Below are positions 25,124-37,928 of a DNA stretch of 64,000 bases, one piece after another; the stretch's first letter is position 1, and each line of letters starts with the position of its first letter. The notes below the pieces were generated by a model. That model was not told the DNA's origin. It searched no databases and saw only the letters and a program-made list of their open reading frames with translations. The translations under genes and the position numbers were made by a program. Source of the stretch: Azolla caroliniana (taxonomy: Eukaryota > Plantae > Polypodiophyta); contig JBHGNT010000018.1 in assembly GCA_043228905.1 (NCBI GenBank), forward strand, positions 4,836,001 to 4,900,000. The letters run 5' to 3'.

Positions 25124-26501
25124 TTAACAATGGAAATATTCATAGATATCACCAGTGAGAGCTATAGCACTAGCTCCAGTTGCCAGTATCACCATAAACC
25201 ATGCTTTCAGCTTCTCTTGCCATGTGGCAATGCCATAGATATCCCTACAAATTAAGCTTAGAAATTAATATGCAATGCAATCATCATGTTTTCTCTAAAG
25301 AGAATATAAAGACAGAAAATCTAAAACAGAGAAATACTAAATACTTTTACAAAAAAATTAGACTTCAATGTAAAAGGTTTTTTATGCATAGCATTATGAA
25401 AGAGACATACCAAATACCTAAAGAAAGAGAAATACTAAATATTTGTACAAAAAAATTAGGGTTCAATGTAGCAGTTCTTTTATCGCATAGCATGGTGAAA
25501 GAGAAATACAAATACCCTAACATTAAAAAAATAGAGGCTTATTAAAAACCATGATCTGAAAAAAAGTCTCAATTTCACCTAATCAAACAAGGATTTGCTT
25601 TTAATTAATTAAATATTCTTGAAATCCTAAATATTCAAGAAAGTTCCTGTTAGGAGATTTTAGTAAATGTTTTAGAAAAGAATATGGCTGTGAATTTTAT
25701 TAAAAACATGCGTGAGTGTTTTTCTCCACTCTTCAAAAAATTGAACACAAAAGCTACTCTCAAAAATGTAGTCGTCAAGGTGGGTTACGGTGAATCATGA
25801 AGAATGGGAACTGGAAGGTAGCCTAATGTATCACATGTTCTAACTTAGAATCAGCGGTATATAAACATATTGTATATTCTAACAAAGAAAAATTAGAACC
25901 TATAATAGGAATGATAAAAACTTCCAACCTTAGTACAAGTATCCCAGGAAAGACAAAACCAAGACAAACTGCCGAAGTAGACCCTGTCAATTGAAAAGCA
26001 TGCCAGATATCGGGAATAAATGAAGCACCGACAAACGATGAAATAACAAGGCAAAATGTGAGAAATGAGAATCTCCGGATATCTCGTGAAAGTGGTCCAG
26101 CCCTTGGGAAGATCAACCCATCTAAGTTGATCCGAAGCGAGAAATTCAATAATGGGAACACGAGCATTAGATGGATTGCATATCCAACACGTATGATGCA
26201 TGATAATATGGCACTGTATGGCACTCCAAGATCATGATCAAAGTTGGACAGGACATCAGTTAGAGTGTCCTCTCCGAACAATAGATATCCGAATACACTT
26301 GTTGCCAGGTAGATCGATGTGCATAGTACCAATGATGTTTGAATCACTGTCTTTGAGTCAGATGACTTCTCCAATTCATTCAGTATCGGATGTACTGTAT
26401 AAAAAAACATAAGAACAGATTCCAATATATAACTCTCTCTCTCTCTATCGCTCACTCCCACATATTTGGCAATTGGGATTTAATAATTTTTTTATATAAA
26501 A

Positions 26502-26535
<34 letters not shown>

Positions 26536-27687
26536 TAGTATTTGCCAATCGGGATTTAATAAATTTTTACCAGAGTGATGGCAAACATATGATGTTACTA
26601 CAACTGGTACCACTGAGAAGTAGGTGAAGATGGTTGATGCGTTGCCAAGATTCGGGAAAAATAAATTTGGTATTTCAACCATCCCAATAACAACCTTGTA
26701 CATTACAACAGTAGCTGTCGCAACAACAAATAAAACTGCCAATGCAACTGAGACGGCTGAAGAAAGCTTTAACGAATCTGGAAATTACGCAACTGTCACT
26801 GATCTAGGCAGTGTGAATCAATAAAAACACATTCATGTCTCAGAGTATTGCCTCAAAAATGCAACACTCACATAAAAGACTTTTACACACTCATTTATAA
26901 CGGAATGGTTTGTGTGTGAAGGGGAGATCTACTCAATGCACACAAGGAATGGTTTGTATGTCAAAACAAAGATATTTACCAACGTGACGGAAAGACACCA
27001 AAGGAACAAGAATGAAAACTGTTGTAAAAAGCATCACAGTTGTTCGCCCATTCCACCATGTCTGGCCCCTGGCCCATTCTTCTAAAACCCCGGAGTGGTG
27101 AACAGATGACGCATCAGTTCCAGACAACACATCCGCTGAAAAAAAACTTTAAAACATATAAGGCCTCTAATAAGAAGTACAAAAATGGACAAGGAAGAAA
27201 TAGGAAAAAAACAAATATCAAATAATAACAAAATAAATGTCTGTAAGAACACACTATATAGTAGTAGTATTGGCTTGGTTGGAGATGTTATACCAATAAT
27301 GATGAGGTAGATAACAAGGAGCCCAAAATTGTTGATAATAACACAGATTTGCAAGACAATGCGTCCAGGTCGACCAAATGAATCAGACATTACACCACCA
27401 TATGATATGGCCTTGCCCGAAGATGAGTATCTCATGAGGAAATCAATCGAAGTATATGTGAGGAATCCAACGAATATAATCATAACAAGGCCAGGGATCA
27501 AGCCAATGGTTCTCATTGTGGCTGGAAGACCCATAATGCCTGCCCCGACAATGCTTGTGGAGAGACTAAATATAGCACTGGGAACTGATGCAGCATTGTA
27601 ACCATCATGGAGTAGATCATCTCGATACTTCTTTGGTAACAACAAGGGAGAAGATGGTTTAGATGTACTGTCATCACCAAATGCCAT
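25124..27687 (-). CDS. AVT6: Amino acid transporter, AVT6 family (Aa_trans / SLC38-like), 5 coding exons
   Basis: Exons 27687-27294, 27135-26980, 26777-26571, 26394-25929, 25244-25124 join in frame: AIFSLSTSIVGAGIMGLPATM, LQICVIINNFGLLVIYLIIIADVLSG, YVCHHSVHPI, FGYLLFGEDTLTDVLSNFD, TGSTSAVCLGFVFPG. Confidence 0.93.
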
Positions 27688-29169
27688 CAGTGGCTAGTTT
27701 CACCTTTTTCTCTCGTTATTTATGTTTTTTCCTATTGAATGAATTAGAAGGAAAAAGACAACTATTTCTAATGCTTTCTTTTTGTAGTTCCCCTTCCTGA
27801 TCGATCTGCTTCTGAGACAATCCTTATGCTTTCTTGTATTTCACTTTCAGTGGCCTCTTTTCTTCTTAATCACAAAAACTCTTATGATTTTTGTGTTCAG
27901 CTCCTTTGCTTTCTTCTTATTGAAAAATTTGGTTGATCAACAACATTTTTGCCTTCAAAGTGAATGCTTCTCCACAAATTCTCTTATTGAAAAGATTGGT
28001 AAATCTTTTACCGTATTGCATATCCAGATAATCTTCTATTTCATTTCTTTGCTTCTTTTCTCTTATTGCCTGAGAAGGCAAATCAAGCACTGTTGGATCC
28101 CTGGTATAGCAATAGATTAATATCCAAAACACATTTCTCCACAGGGTTTCCTTTTTCTTTTCGATTCCTTCTTGTTTCTCTCTACATTCCAAGAAACACA
28201 GTGTTCAGATGTATACATAAGCATGGAAAGGAAGACAAAACAGAAAACAACCTCAGAAGAAAATTGAAAAAGCAAAACATGATATCAAATGATCAACGAG
28301 AATGAAATGCACAAGAATTAACCTTTTACATGTGTATATTATAAAAACGACAAGATAATATTATGATGTGAGATTATGTAAAAATCCAGGCAACATATTG
28401 TAGAAGAAGATGATCATGTGAAATTATGTGAAAAATGGAAAGAGATTGGAGCAACCCAATGTTGCTGGTGGTGACATTACTATCCAAAAATTATGTGAGA
28501 AATTGGTGCAAAAACTTCTGCAGAAGATGGTAGTCCAATGCGAAATTATGTGAACAATGATGAAGAACTCTACATGAAAATGACGGCTCAAAAAGGCGAT
28601 TGAATCATCCAAAAAAGATACAAAAAAAAACCACAATATTTCTTGCCTTCAAATTATTATCATTTAAGCTTCACAATAATGCAGATGAATTCGGATTGAG
28701 AATATCAGAATATTTGTAGCAGAAACAGAAAGTATGATGTGAAATCATGACTCAAAATGATATAAAAAATGCAGGAAAATGAGCCCCAAACTAAAAAGAA
28801 GCACAAGAGTAACAAAGACAAAATAACTAACCACTTTAGAGAAGAATTAAAATGTTGACTAGGAATCAATTCTCGGAATCACATGAAATGATGATGATGA
28901 CGGTATAAATGACATGAAAAACACAGAGATTTGTGGCAAGTATACAAAGACCTCTAAATTCTTACCTCCAAATGAAGACTTCCAAAAACCAGCCTTCTTA
29001 CTATAAACAAGTGAGGAAGGAAAATCCAAGGCCTGAATCCATGGCGAAAAAACTTGCCAAACAACTTTCTTTGTGTTCCCATGGTTTTCCTTGTCTTCTT
29101 TCTTTCTTTCTTTCCTTCTTGCTAAATCTGTACATAGGAAATACATATAGTGGCAATGTCAAACAGCCT

Positions 29170-29600
29170 CATATCATCATCATCATCACCATCACCATCA
29201 CCATCACCATCAGTGGCAACTAAGACCCCCCCCCCCCCCCCCCTCATGTTTTGGTATATTCTCCACATGCCCTTAAGCTTCCCATGGCTCGGATCATCAT
29301 CACCATCACCATCATCATATCACCATCACCATCATCATCATCATAATCACCATCAGTAGCAACTAAGACCCCCCCCCCCCCCCCCCCCCCCTCATGTTTT
29401 GGTATATTCTCCACATGCCCTTAAGCTTCCCATGGCTCGGATCATCATCACCATCACCATCATCATATCATCATCTCCATCACCATCATCATATCATCAT
29501 CTCCATCACCATCATCATATCATCATCATCATCACCATCAATGGCAACTAAGACCACCCTCACGTTTTGGTATATTCCCCACATGCCCCTAAGCTTTTTA
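29170..29600. repeat. Three tandem ~150-190-bp units: (CAT/CAC)n + gcaactaaga + poly-C + conserved 45-bp block
   Basis: Unit 'gcaactaagaCCC...ctcatgttttggtatattctccacatgcccttaagctt' occurs at ~29215, ~29359 and ~29543. Confidence 0.85.
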
Positions 29601-30703
29601 TACCCTTTGTATGATGCCCCATGTACGCCCGTCCTTGTTGGATATAATCTTGGCGCCCAAATTGTCTGCACGAGTTTACGGGTTGCCCTAGCTCACTACA
29701 TACCACGCTGATAACATTCGCACATCCCTGCGGCGATAGTGATCAGGTCATGGAGATTTCCGGGTTCACCACGCGTTGGTGCTCCATGTCCGCACACATG
29801 ACCACATTTTGCTATGGTTTTGAGCCAATGTTGTTTGGTCGGAGCTCATGGTTTCACATAGCGTCGCTTGTTGGATGCCATCAGTAAACATTAAGTGATT
29901 CGTGAGGTCATAATTCGTTATATCCTGGCTAATTGGATGCAGACTTTCCTTTTATCCATCTCGTTGTCAAGCAACAATAATGATTCATGGTGATAACAAC
30001 AGTGATTCATTATTCTTGGCAATTGGATGTGGAGTTTTATGATCCACCACCACGTTGTTGCTCTTTGGGCAAACAATATGCACACAACCCCATCATTAGT
30101 CCGAAATTGTACCTAAATGTTTCATGGACACACCAGCCCATGTCTTTGATTTTCACAAATACTTCCCCCTTCGTAAGTTCTCTCTCCCAACGCACTTCTC
30201 TCCAAGAACATAGAAAATAAGTTTGATATTATCTGATGACACCTCATCACGTAACCCTACAATCGCGACAGTTAGAGAAAAATGAAACTAGGCAACTCAA
30301 AGTCAATGACCTCGTTGGATTATCACCCCATGAATAGCTATTAAAAGTCAGAGTGGATCTATATATAGTGGAATTCCAAGGCACAAGTTAGGTAGGATCA
30401 AACTAAAACGTATGGAGATGTGGTTCCACATCATGTCAAGGAAGTGAAAATGAAAGGCAATTAATTATTTCCCCAAATGCCCTTTCTTATCCTCGTGTTT
30501 TGCTTACCCCACATGCTTGTGGCTTTTCGTTATTGCTAGGAAGTAAAGGAAAACTCGCTATCATTTTTGAGATTTCCCCTAAGTATGGTCATTAACCGAA
30601 ATTGTTTCCAATTTTCACAAATATTCTCCCCTCCATAAATTCCATGCATTTTCTTTTTCTTTACATTTTGAAAAACGCGAAGAAGAACATTGAGAGAGAT
30701 CAA

Positions 30704-30850
30704 TATATTTTATCATTGTCCGTGGAAGTTTGATATAGCCCACCTATGAGATGAAATAAAACATGTTAACCTTGTGAGCTATATATTTTATCATTGTCCT
30801 TGGAAGTTTGATATAGCCCACCTATGAGATAAAACTAAAACATGTTAACA
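30704..30850. repeat. Tandem duplication of ~70 bp
   Basis: tatattttatcattgtcc.tggaagtttgatatagcccacctatgagat...aaaacatgttaac occurs twice. Confidence 0.8.
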
Positions 30851-32791
30851 TTGCATTGCAAACCTTATCTGTTTGGCCTCAACCCTATGTTAACATTCAA
30901 TTGACATCTTTATTAATGAACTTGCAAGTGGAGAGTGCACATTATGACCAAGTGCAATGTGTTTAATGATACATCAAAGCTAGAAATGTGGGAAAGGTAA
31001 GGTTGAAGCTAGATAAGTGCAACAAGATCATGATACTAGAGTCACAAAATTCTTCGGGGCAAAACATGCATGGCTGATGAATCTCAACACCCTATCTCAC
31101 ATCAAAGGTATTGAAATCTAAATCATATGGAATCATCAATATTACTGAGATTGTAGGCTAAGGATGAAGTCAAACATGTATGAGTGACATGATTTCTGCA
31201 TTCCAACAATATGATGGTTTTGGAGTTTAATGTAACATTTGTAATATAACTTTTGAAGTGTGACCCTCCACGCCTCGTGAAGTCGTTGATACATTGATGT
31301 TGCAATTCCCTGAGGCTAGATAACCTCATGTATCTTTAATATTACTATACCACTATCCCCATGCACATAATCTCTATGGAAAGGTATCCAATCATGGGAA
31401 GTAGGAGTATATATGGTGTTTGTATCTTAGCTTCATCAATACACTTCATGGAACAACATTTTTTTACATTTTAAAACTATTTTTGAGTGGAGTAGAGATG
31501 TCAGCAATTAGGACTCCTCATTTCAATCTCATAGAGAAGCACCATAGTTATCAAAGCGCCATATATGTATTTCTCGACTAGTGATAAATCTTTGGCAAAT
31601 GTTTTCATTCTTTCCCGCTTCTTAGCTACACATAGTAGATCCATCCTATTTATGTTAGAAAGGAATCTCAGGGTCAAGATATTTGAAGCTTTATATCATT
31701 GATTAATTTCCAATGACCCATCATTATACATGATGCCTAGTTTATACCTATTGACAAAGGTAGATTTTGTGGACCCTATTTCTACAATGTTGTGTGTCAA
31801 GAACAACAAAGTCAAAAAAAAAATGTTGGAAATCTCTCTCTTCACTACATTCCATAGTTGTGTTGGATGAAAACCTAAAGTATTTGTTGTTGAATCTAGA
31901 TAGTGGTTTCTTGTCTCTGGAATTCCAAAGTACATTTGAATTCTTCAAGGTAATGGACATGTACAACGTGAACCCACCGATGCATATTTGAATAAGAAGA
32001 ATGATATTGATTTCAATGTGTTCCCTAACTCTTATGTTTCTCAAAATTTGATTAATCATCTTAGTGCCCTATTCGTCATTCAACATCCTCTTCCCTATCA
32101 TCAATTGTTCACATTTTCCCTCACCATCCTATTTCAATAACCTCGACCTTAAAATATTATCAATAGCTATCCCCACCCCATCATTCACTAAATAATACAT
32201 TGTTTTTTCCTAAAATTTGTGTCAACTTTTTAAATAATCTCCAATCCATTTTGTACTAATGTGTTAGTTCTCAAGTTTATGTTACATAAAATTTAGGCAT
32301 AGTCAATTAAGGAGTAATGTCACACAAGCCATTTAATTCTTATCAAAATAAAGTATACAATGATAGAGAAATAAAAACATAATCAATTAATGAATAACCA
32401 TAACAAAAATAATTCCACCACGGTAAGCACTTATTTGAAGCAAAAGCATGAAAAAGGGAGCACATTTATTTGATGCACCTTAATGTAATGGTGAAATAGG
32501 GTATAAAATCAAAACAAACATACATGTACATATCTATATATTTGTGCTTTCCAAATATTACATTTAAAATGGCATTCTATGTGGCATTCTATGAAATGGT
32601 ACACCATTTTTCTTAAACACGGGGAAAGAATTCTAAGGCATAAAAATCCATATTTGATTGGTCCTAGATCATCTATTAAGAACATCTTTTCCCTCTTGTA
32701 AAGAAATGAGGAGGCAAGAGTGATTGTAATGCAGTGGAAGATGAGTGTGTGTGTGAGTCCCAAGACAGAGAGAGAGTGAGTGTGTGTGAGA

Positions 32792-33242
32792 GAAAGCTCT
32801 TACGACAGAGATAGATAAACTGTATATTACCCAAGATTACATCAAAACATAAACATCCAACAACAACTAAGTTACAATGTGTTAGTTTATATACCAACTA
32901 AGCTAGGGCAAGTGCCCTTTCTACTATTTACAAAACTAGCTCAACATGTCCATGAGCTAGTGTGAAACCTATCTATGGGAAGTTGAGTTCGATTCTCAAC
33001 ACGCCCCTTCGAACATAACTTCCATATGTCAAAAAGTTGTTTCGGTCTTTGGAGTACTTCGATTTAAGGAATCAGATTCCGGCTTTATTGCTTTACGCTT
33101 CTTATTGCGTGTTGCGTAGTCTATCCGTGTTGCGTATGCTGCGTACTCCCCCTCAAGCTCGGCAATGTAGATGTCGTGAGACCAAGGTCCGATGCAAATT
33201 GCCCGAGCTTGTCGACGCCTAGAGCTTTCGTAAAAATATCAG
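32792..33242. repeat. Direct repeat copy 1 (partial LTR + PPT + pol end)
   Basis: About 6 differences from 35240-35689 by eye. Confidence 0.95.
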
Positions 33243-33286
33243 CAGCCTTCATCACGCACTTAGAACGTGCGAAATATGAGAAGAGA

Positions 33287-34476
33287 ATGACCAAAGGGAA
33301 GGAAATGGAACTGCTCGAGGATTCGGAGACTGTAAAGAGTTTTTTGCATAGGTCCGATCCTTTCAAACAGCTTCATTATAGTGTTTTCAATGGCGAAGTA
33401 TCCCAGATGCTCGAACTGTTACCGAGAAGGCACTACACTTTGCTGATAGTTGACATACCATATGGTTTCCGTATTGCGGGATCAACATATGATGATGTGC
33501 CTTTCAAGTACCCTCAGATCGAGAAAATGGTAAAGGATTTCGCAGAACTGACATTGGCCCCCTTGTGGAGGATAGTTATATTTCATAGCATGGGGCAATC
33601 ACTGTCAGTCACAACAGCTTTGAAGTCTCGTTGTCATGCCACTGAACACATGCATTGGTGTGTTATAATTCGCTTTTACTCATTACAGTACTTCTTATTA
33701 TATGTACACATTTACACCTCTAATACTTGATTTTCTTTCTCTATAGGATCAAAACAAATATTACACGTAGCCCTGGCGATCGAATGGTTAGTGCGGTCGA
33801 ACATTTTTGTGTGGGCTACTATGATTCAATTACAAAGAAGAAGGCTAGAGCACATGTCAATGAGCGTAACGTGGTTAACTACATCATGTGCCCAGCCGTA
33901 ACCAAAAAATTAAGACATGTGTCAGGGGATAAAAGTATGGTGAACCCTTATCAAAAACCTCAAAGATTGATCAACCGCCTCATAGAGCTCTTCTCGAATC
34001 CAGATGATTGGGTCCTAGACTTGTTCTCTGGCACAGGTATAATATATATATTTAATTTCAATCTTGTCTATCAAGTTTAAGACGTTACTTCTTATATATA
34101 CTTGTTTGTGTTCATGCGACCATTAGGTACAACGACAGCTTGTGCATTGAAGATGTTTAGAAATTGTGTTGCATTGGAGAAGGACCCTGCTCAAGTTAAC
34201 TTCATCAAAATGAGGATCACAGGAATCTGGGACTGTCCAGATCAGGATCAAGAAGTCGGAGCAAAACACATCAACGAGACAGAGATGTTCCAGATGACTT
34301 CACGAGAACCAATGGAACCAATTGATGAAGAAGCAGGGGAGCTGGTGGACCTGGAAGATGTAGCACAGTTTGACCATACATCAGATTCAGGAGAGCTTGG
34401 AGATGACACGAATGAAAACAGTCTAGAACAATCAGCGCCAGAGGAGCCTGCTCTGCCTGATTTGCTTATAGATTGA
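33287..34476 (+). CDS. Beta-class DNA amino-methyltransferase (N6-adenine/N4-cytosine, N6_N4_Mtase-like), intron-containing; ~336 aa from the first ATG, possibly 5'-truncated
   Basis: Exons 33287-33657, 33747-34036, 34127-34476 with GT-AG introns of 89 and 90 nt. Spliced protein has LLIVDIPYG (motif IV), W-IKTN...EHFCVGY, NPYQKPQRLINRLIELFSNPDDWVLDLFSGTGTT (motifs X-I), RNCVALEKD (motif II) and an acidic tail. No stops or frameshifts. Confidence 0.88.
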
Positions 34477-35239
34477 TGTAGATGGCGTAATGTAAAAATT
34501 GAGGATTTTGAGGTATAATGTTCACCATCACTTCATATTATATTTGTATATGAGAACATCTGTAATTGTTTATCGTTTAATTAAATTCACCTGTTCATAA
34601 TTTCCCTTTTTAATCATTATTGGAACCGTTGTTTGTATTTACATATAATTGGTCACCATGCTCTTCTTCAGTTTGAGATATTAACATGATATTGTAATTT
34701 CTCATTTCCGTTAGCATGACTGCATATGAAAAGGCGAATGTTTTTGATAATAAGAGGTTTTTAGTTACCTACGGTTCAACTCTACTGGTTCCACATAGTA
34801 TAAATGAATGTTGTACGTAATTGTTACTCTTACCAATTACATTGTCATGAACTATATGACATTATACAATGAAACTATCGATATACCCGTCCAACAAGTG
34901 GGGTACTACTTTATTCCTAAACCCAAAACCACATATTTATAATTACGGTTTATGTAGTTTGACTCTACAATTTGAATATGGATACCAATTTTAGAACTTT
35001 ATATTGAACCAAGTCTTCAATTGTGCTCCATGATATGCAAATTGACACGAATGTGAACACATATACAATTTAGTAATTGCTAGGTTTTTTTTGTTCTATA
35101 TTTAACCATCAAGTCGCAAAAGGGGTACACATGCATCATATATTTTCGATATCAGGCTAAAATAGGGTACTTTTCTACATCTGGCCAACTATGCCAAAAG
35201 AGAATACGACATATTACCTGTTTCAAATGACCCGGTGTT

Positions 35240-35689
35240 GAAAGCTCTTACGACAGAGATAGATAAACTGTATATTACCCAAGATTACATCAAAACATAA
35301 ACATCCAACAACAACTAAGTTACAATGTGTTGGTTTATATACCAACTAAGCTAGGGCAAGTGCCCTTTCTACTATTTACAAAACTAGCTCAACATGTCCA
35401 TGAGCCAGTGTGAAACCTATCTATGGGAAGTTGAGTTCGATTCTCAACACGCCCCTTCGAACATAACTTCCATATGTCAAAAAGTTGTTTCGGTCTTTGG
35501 AGTACTTCGATTTAAGGAATCAGATTCCGGCTTTATTGCTTTACGCTTCTTATTGCATGTTGCGTAGTCTATCCGTGCTGCGTATGTTGCGTACTCCCCC
35601 TCAAGCTCGGCAATGTAGATGTCGTGAGACCAAGGTCCGATGCAAATTGCCCGAGTTGTCGACGCCTAGAGCTTTCGTAAAAATATCAG
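35240..35689. repeat. Direct repeat copy 2 (truncated LTR + PPT + pol end)
   Basis: Matches 32792-33242 and continues into copia RNase H. Confidence 0.95.
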
Positions 35690-36611
35690 TAACCTAGAGG
35701 TGCTTACTGATGTGTTGTAGATCGATCTCTCCGGCTTGTACGCGCTCGCGGATGAAGTGGTAGTGGACTTCGATATGCTTAGTCCACGCATGGAATACAG
35801 GATTCCACGCTAGGTAGATACTACTCATGTTGTTGCAGTAGAGACGAATTGGATCCTTGATGGGTACGCCCAGATCCTTTAGTACACGTTTGAGCCAGAC
35901 GGCTTTGCATGCAGCAATTGCTGCGCCCCTATATTCGGCTTCCATGCTCGACAGTGCAATTGTCGGCTGCTTCTTACTACTCCAGGAGATCGCTCTGCTA
36001 CCAAGAGAGAAGACGAATCCGGATGTGGATCGCATGTCCGCTTTATATCCTGCCCAATTCGCGTCTGTGTACCCTTCGAGTCGAATGATCACATTGGTCT
36101 TGTACATAATGTCGTAGTCCATTGTCGTACTAACATACTGAAGTATCCTCTTAGCGTAGTACAAATGAAGATTTCACGGATTCTGCATAAATTGGCTAAG
36201 TAGGCCGACCAAATAATTGAGGTCGGGTCGCGTAATGGTCAGATAGATCAAACTACCGATCAATTGTCGATACTGAGTCGGCTCGCTCTCGGCGGTTCCG
36301 GAACTGGCAATGATCTTGAGATTACAATCAAGAGGGGTAGTAACAAGCTTGCACTTGGTCATTTCGAACTTGTAGAGTAAGTTAAGGACGTAGTGCCGTT
36401 GTGAGATCATTATCCCGACTGGTGTCCGAATTACTTCAATGCCTAGGAATTAATGGAGTTCATGCAGGTCTTTCATTTCGAATATGCCGAAGAGAAGTGT
36501 TTTGACTTTGTTGATCTCGGCAAGATCCTTTCCTCCGATGACCAAGTCATCCACGTATAGGATGATGATGATCGGGCTATCCGACTCATTTCGGATGTAT
36601 AGAGAAGTGTC

Positions 36612-37660
36612 TAGAAGCGCTTGGGGGGAGCTCGAATATTGGACTTATCTATGCATATTATGGCTCATACACTTTCATTGTTGCAAGACATGTGTTCAAA
36701 CTCACAACCATGGATATCTATTATTCAATATTTCATTGGGAACAAGGGTTTAACACATGGGAGGACAATGATTAAGGCTTCATGGTGGCAATTATGGAAC
36801 ATATGTATTTTACTTAAGATTCTTGACTCTTAATGTGTTCAAAACTTGGTTATCTCATGGCAAGAAGCACTCTCGTTATGTGTATGGAAACCATCATCTA
36901 GTAGAGAACATTGTAATTCTTTGCAAAAAGAATTACTTGTGTCTTCTTAGTTATTATTTTGGCCTAAAAAGGAGAGATTGTGTTCTTTTTCAATTTAATC
37001 GTTTGTTTCGGTTGGGAGTCAAAGAAGTGGGAGATATAGTTGAGGCTCCATCTCAAAGAATTTTGGAGCTTGTTGAAGTGTGACAATTATTACACATCCC
37101 ACCTAATTATGAGTTTATCTTGAAACAACTACAAAATATTGCATTGATTCAAGGTCCTTTACCTTTACAAATAGAAGAGCACGCGTGGATTGATTGGTGT
37201 TTACGAGGTTATACGCAACTTTTACAAGTGACTACTAATCTTTTGTATCATTACTCCGTTGATTCTCTTTGATGGCTATCATCTAAGGTTGGCGAAGAAG
37301 GGAAAATACATAACTCTTATCATGGATGGTGCCAAATCTTAAAACTTAGTTAACATTCTAAATTGCCACTTGTAGCGAAGGTCTTCGTTTGGAGAATTTT
37401 GATTGGGGGTTTGTCTTTGGGATTAACTCTAATGCAATGTGGACTAGCAATGGGCAATTGCTTCTTTTGCACTATTCAAGTGGAAGATGGTACTCAAAAT
37501 TTCATACAATGTTTAGATTGCTTGTCATATTTGGAGTTACATTTCTAAATTTGTCAAGTTTTGTCACGATGTTATTTGACGCCTAGATAGTGGGTGTTTG
37601 CACAATTCACACAGGTTGACCCAAAATCAGAGATGGAGAGGTATTGAGGATTGCACCATA
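36612..37660 (+). mobile_element. Highly degenerate L1-like LINE remnant (zf-RVT region)
   Basis: PLVAKVFVWRILIGGL...CFFC...EDGTQNFIQC resembles the plant L1 zf-RVT motif. Confidence 0.55.
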
Positions 37661-37928
37661 ATCGAGATATCCACAATGCTTTTGTGTTTGATGGTTGGCA
37701 TGGAGTCAATGTATCTACAAAAATTGAGGGGAGTACTAATGTGTCAATTTTCTTTATTGGAGTGAGTGGAAATTCTTTCTTTAGTGGAGTGTTCGTCTTG
37801 CCTATTGGCAATTCAACATGTTCCATTACCCATGTAGTTAGTGGGTGACCATACTCCATTGTGACACCCATTGTAAATAGTGTTTTTCACACACAGCTAT
37901 TTATATAATTGTGTGTTTTCACCCAAAG

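Larger units (their letters stand above)
32697..36611 (-). mobile_element. Ty1/copia element E, 3' part, carrying a captured 2-kb segment
   Basis: 3' LTR 32697-33001 (TG...CA) and PPT at 33002-33010; RT/RNase H fragments at 35694-36611; internal 451-bp duplication 32792-33242 = 35240-35689. The 5' part is missing. Confidence 0.9.

Noticed and set aside
29150-29711. Poly-His/Ser ORFs
   Set aside because: Products of the (CAT/CAC)n repeat.
29600-32200. Possible decayed minus-strand coding sequence
   Set aside because: Fragmented ORFs without motifs I can identify; would need a translated database search.
33176-33242. N-terminal extension of the MTase ORF (MRPRSDAN...)
   Set aside because: Begins at GTG and is antisense copia pol sequence left of the junction; not native MTase sequence.
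33243-35239. Bacterial contamination as the source of the MTase
   Set aside because: It has spliceosomal introns and precise junctions into plant retrotransposon sequence on both sides.
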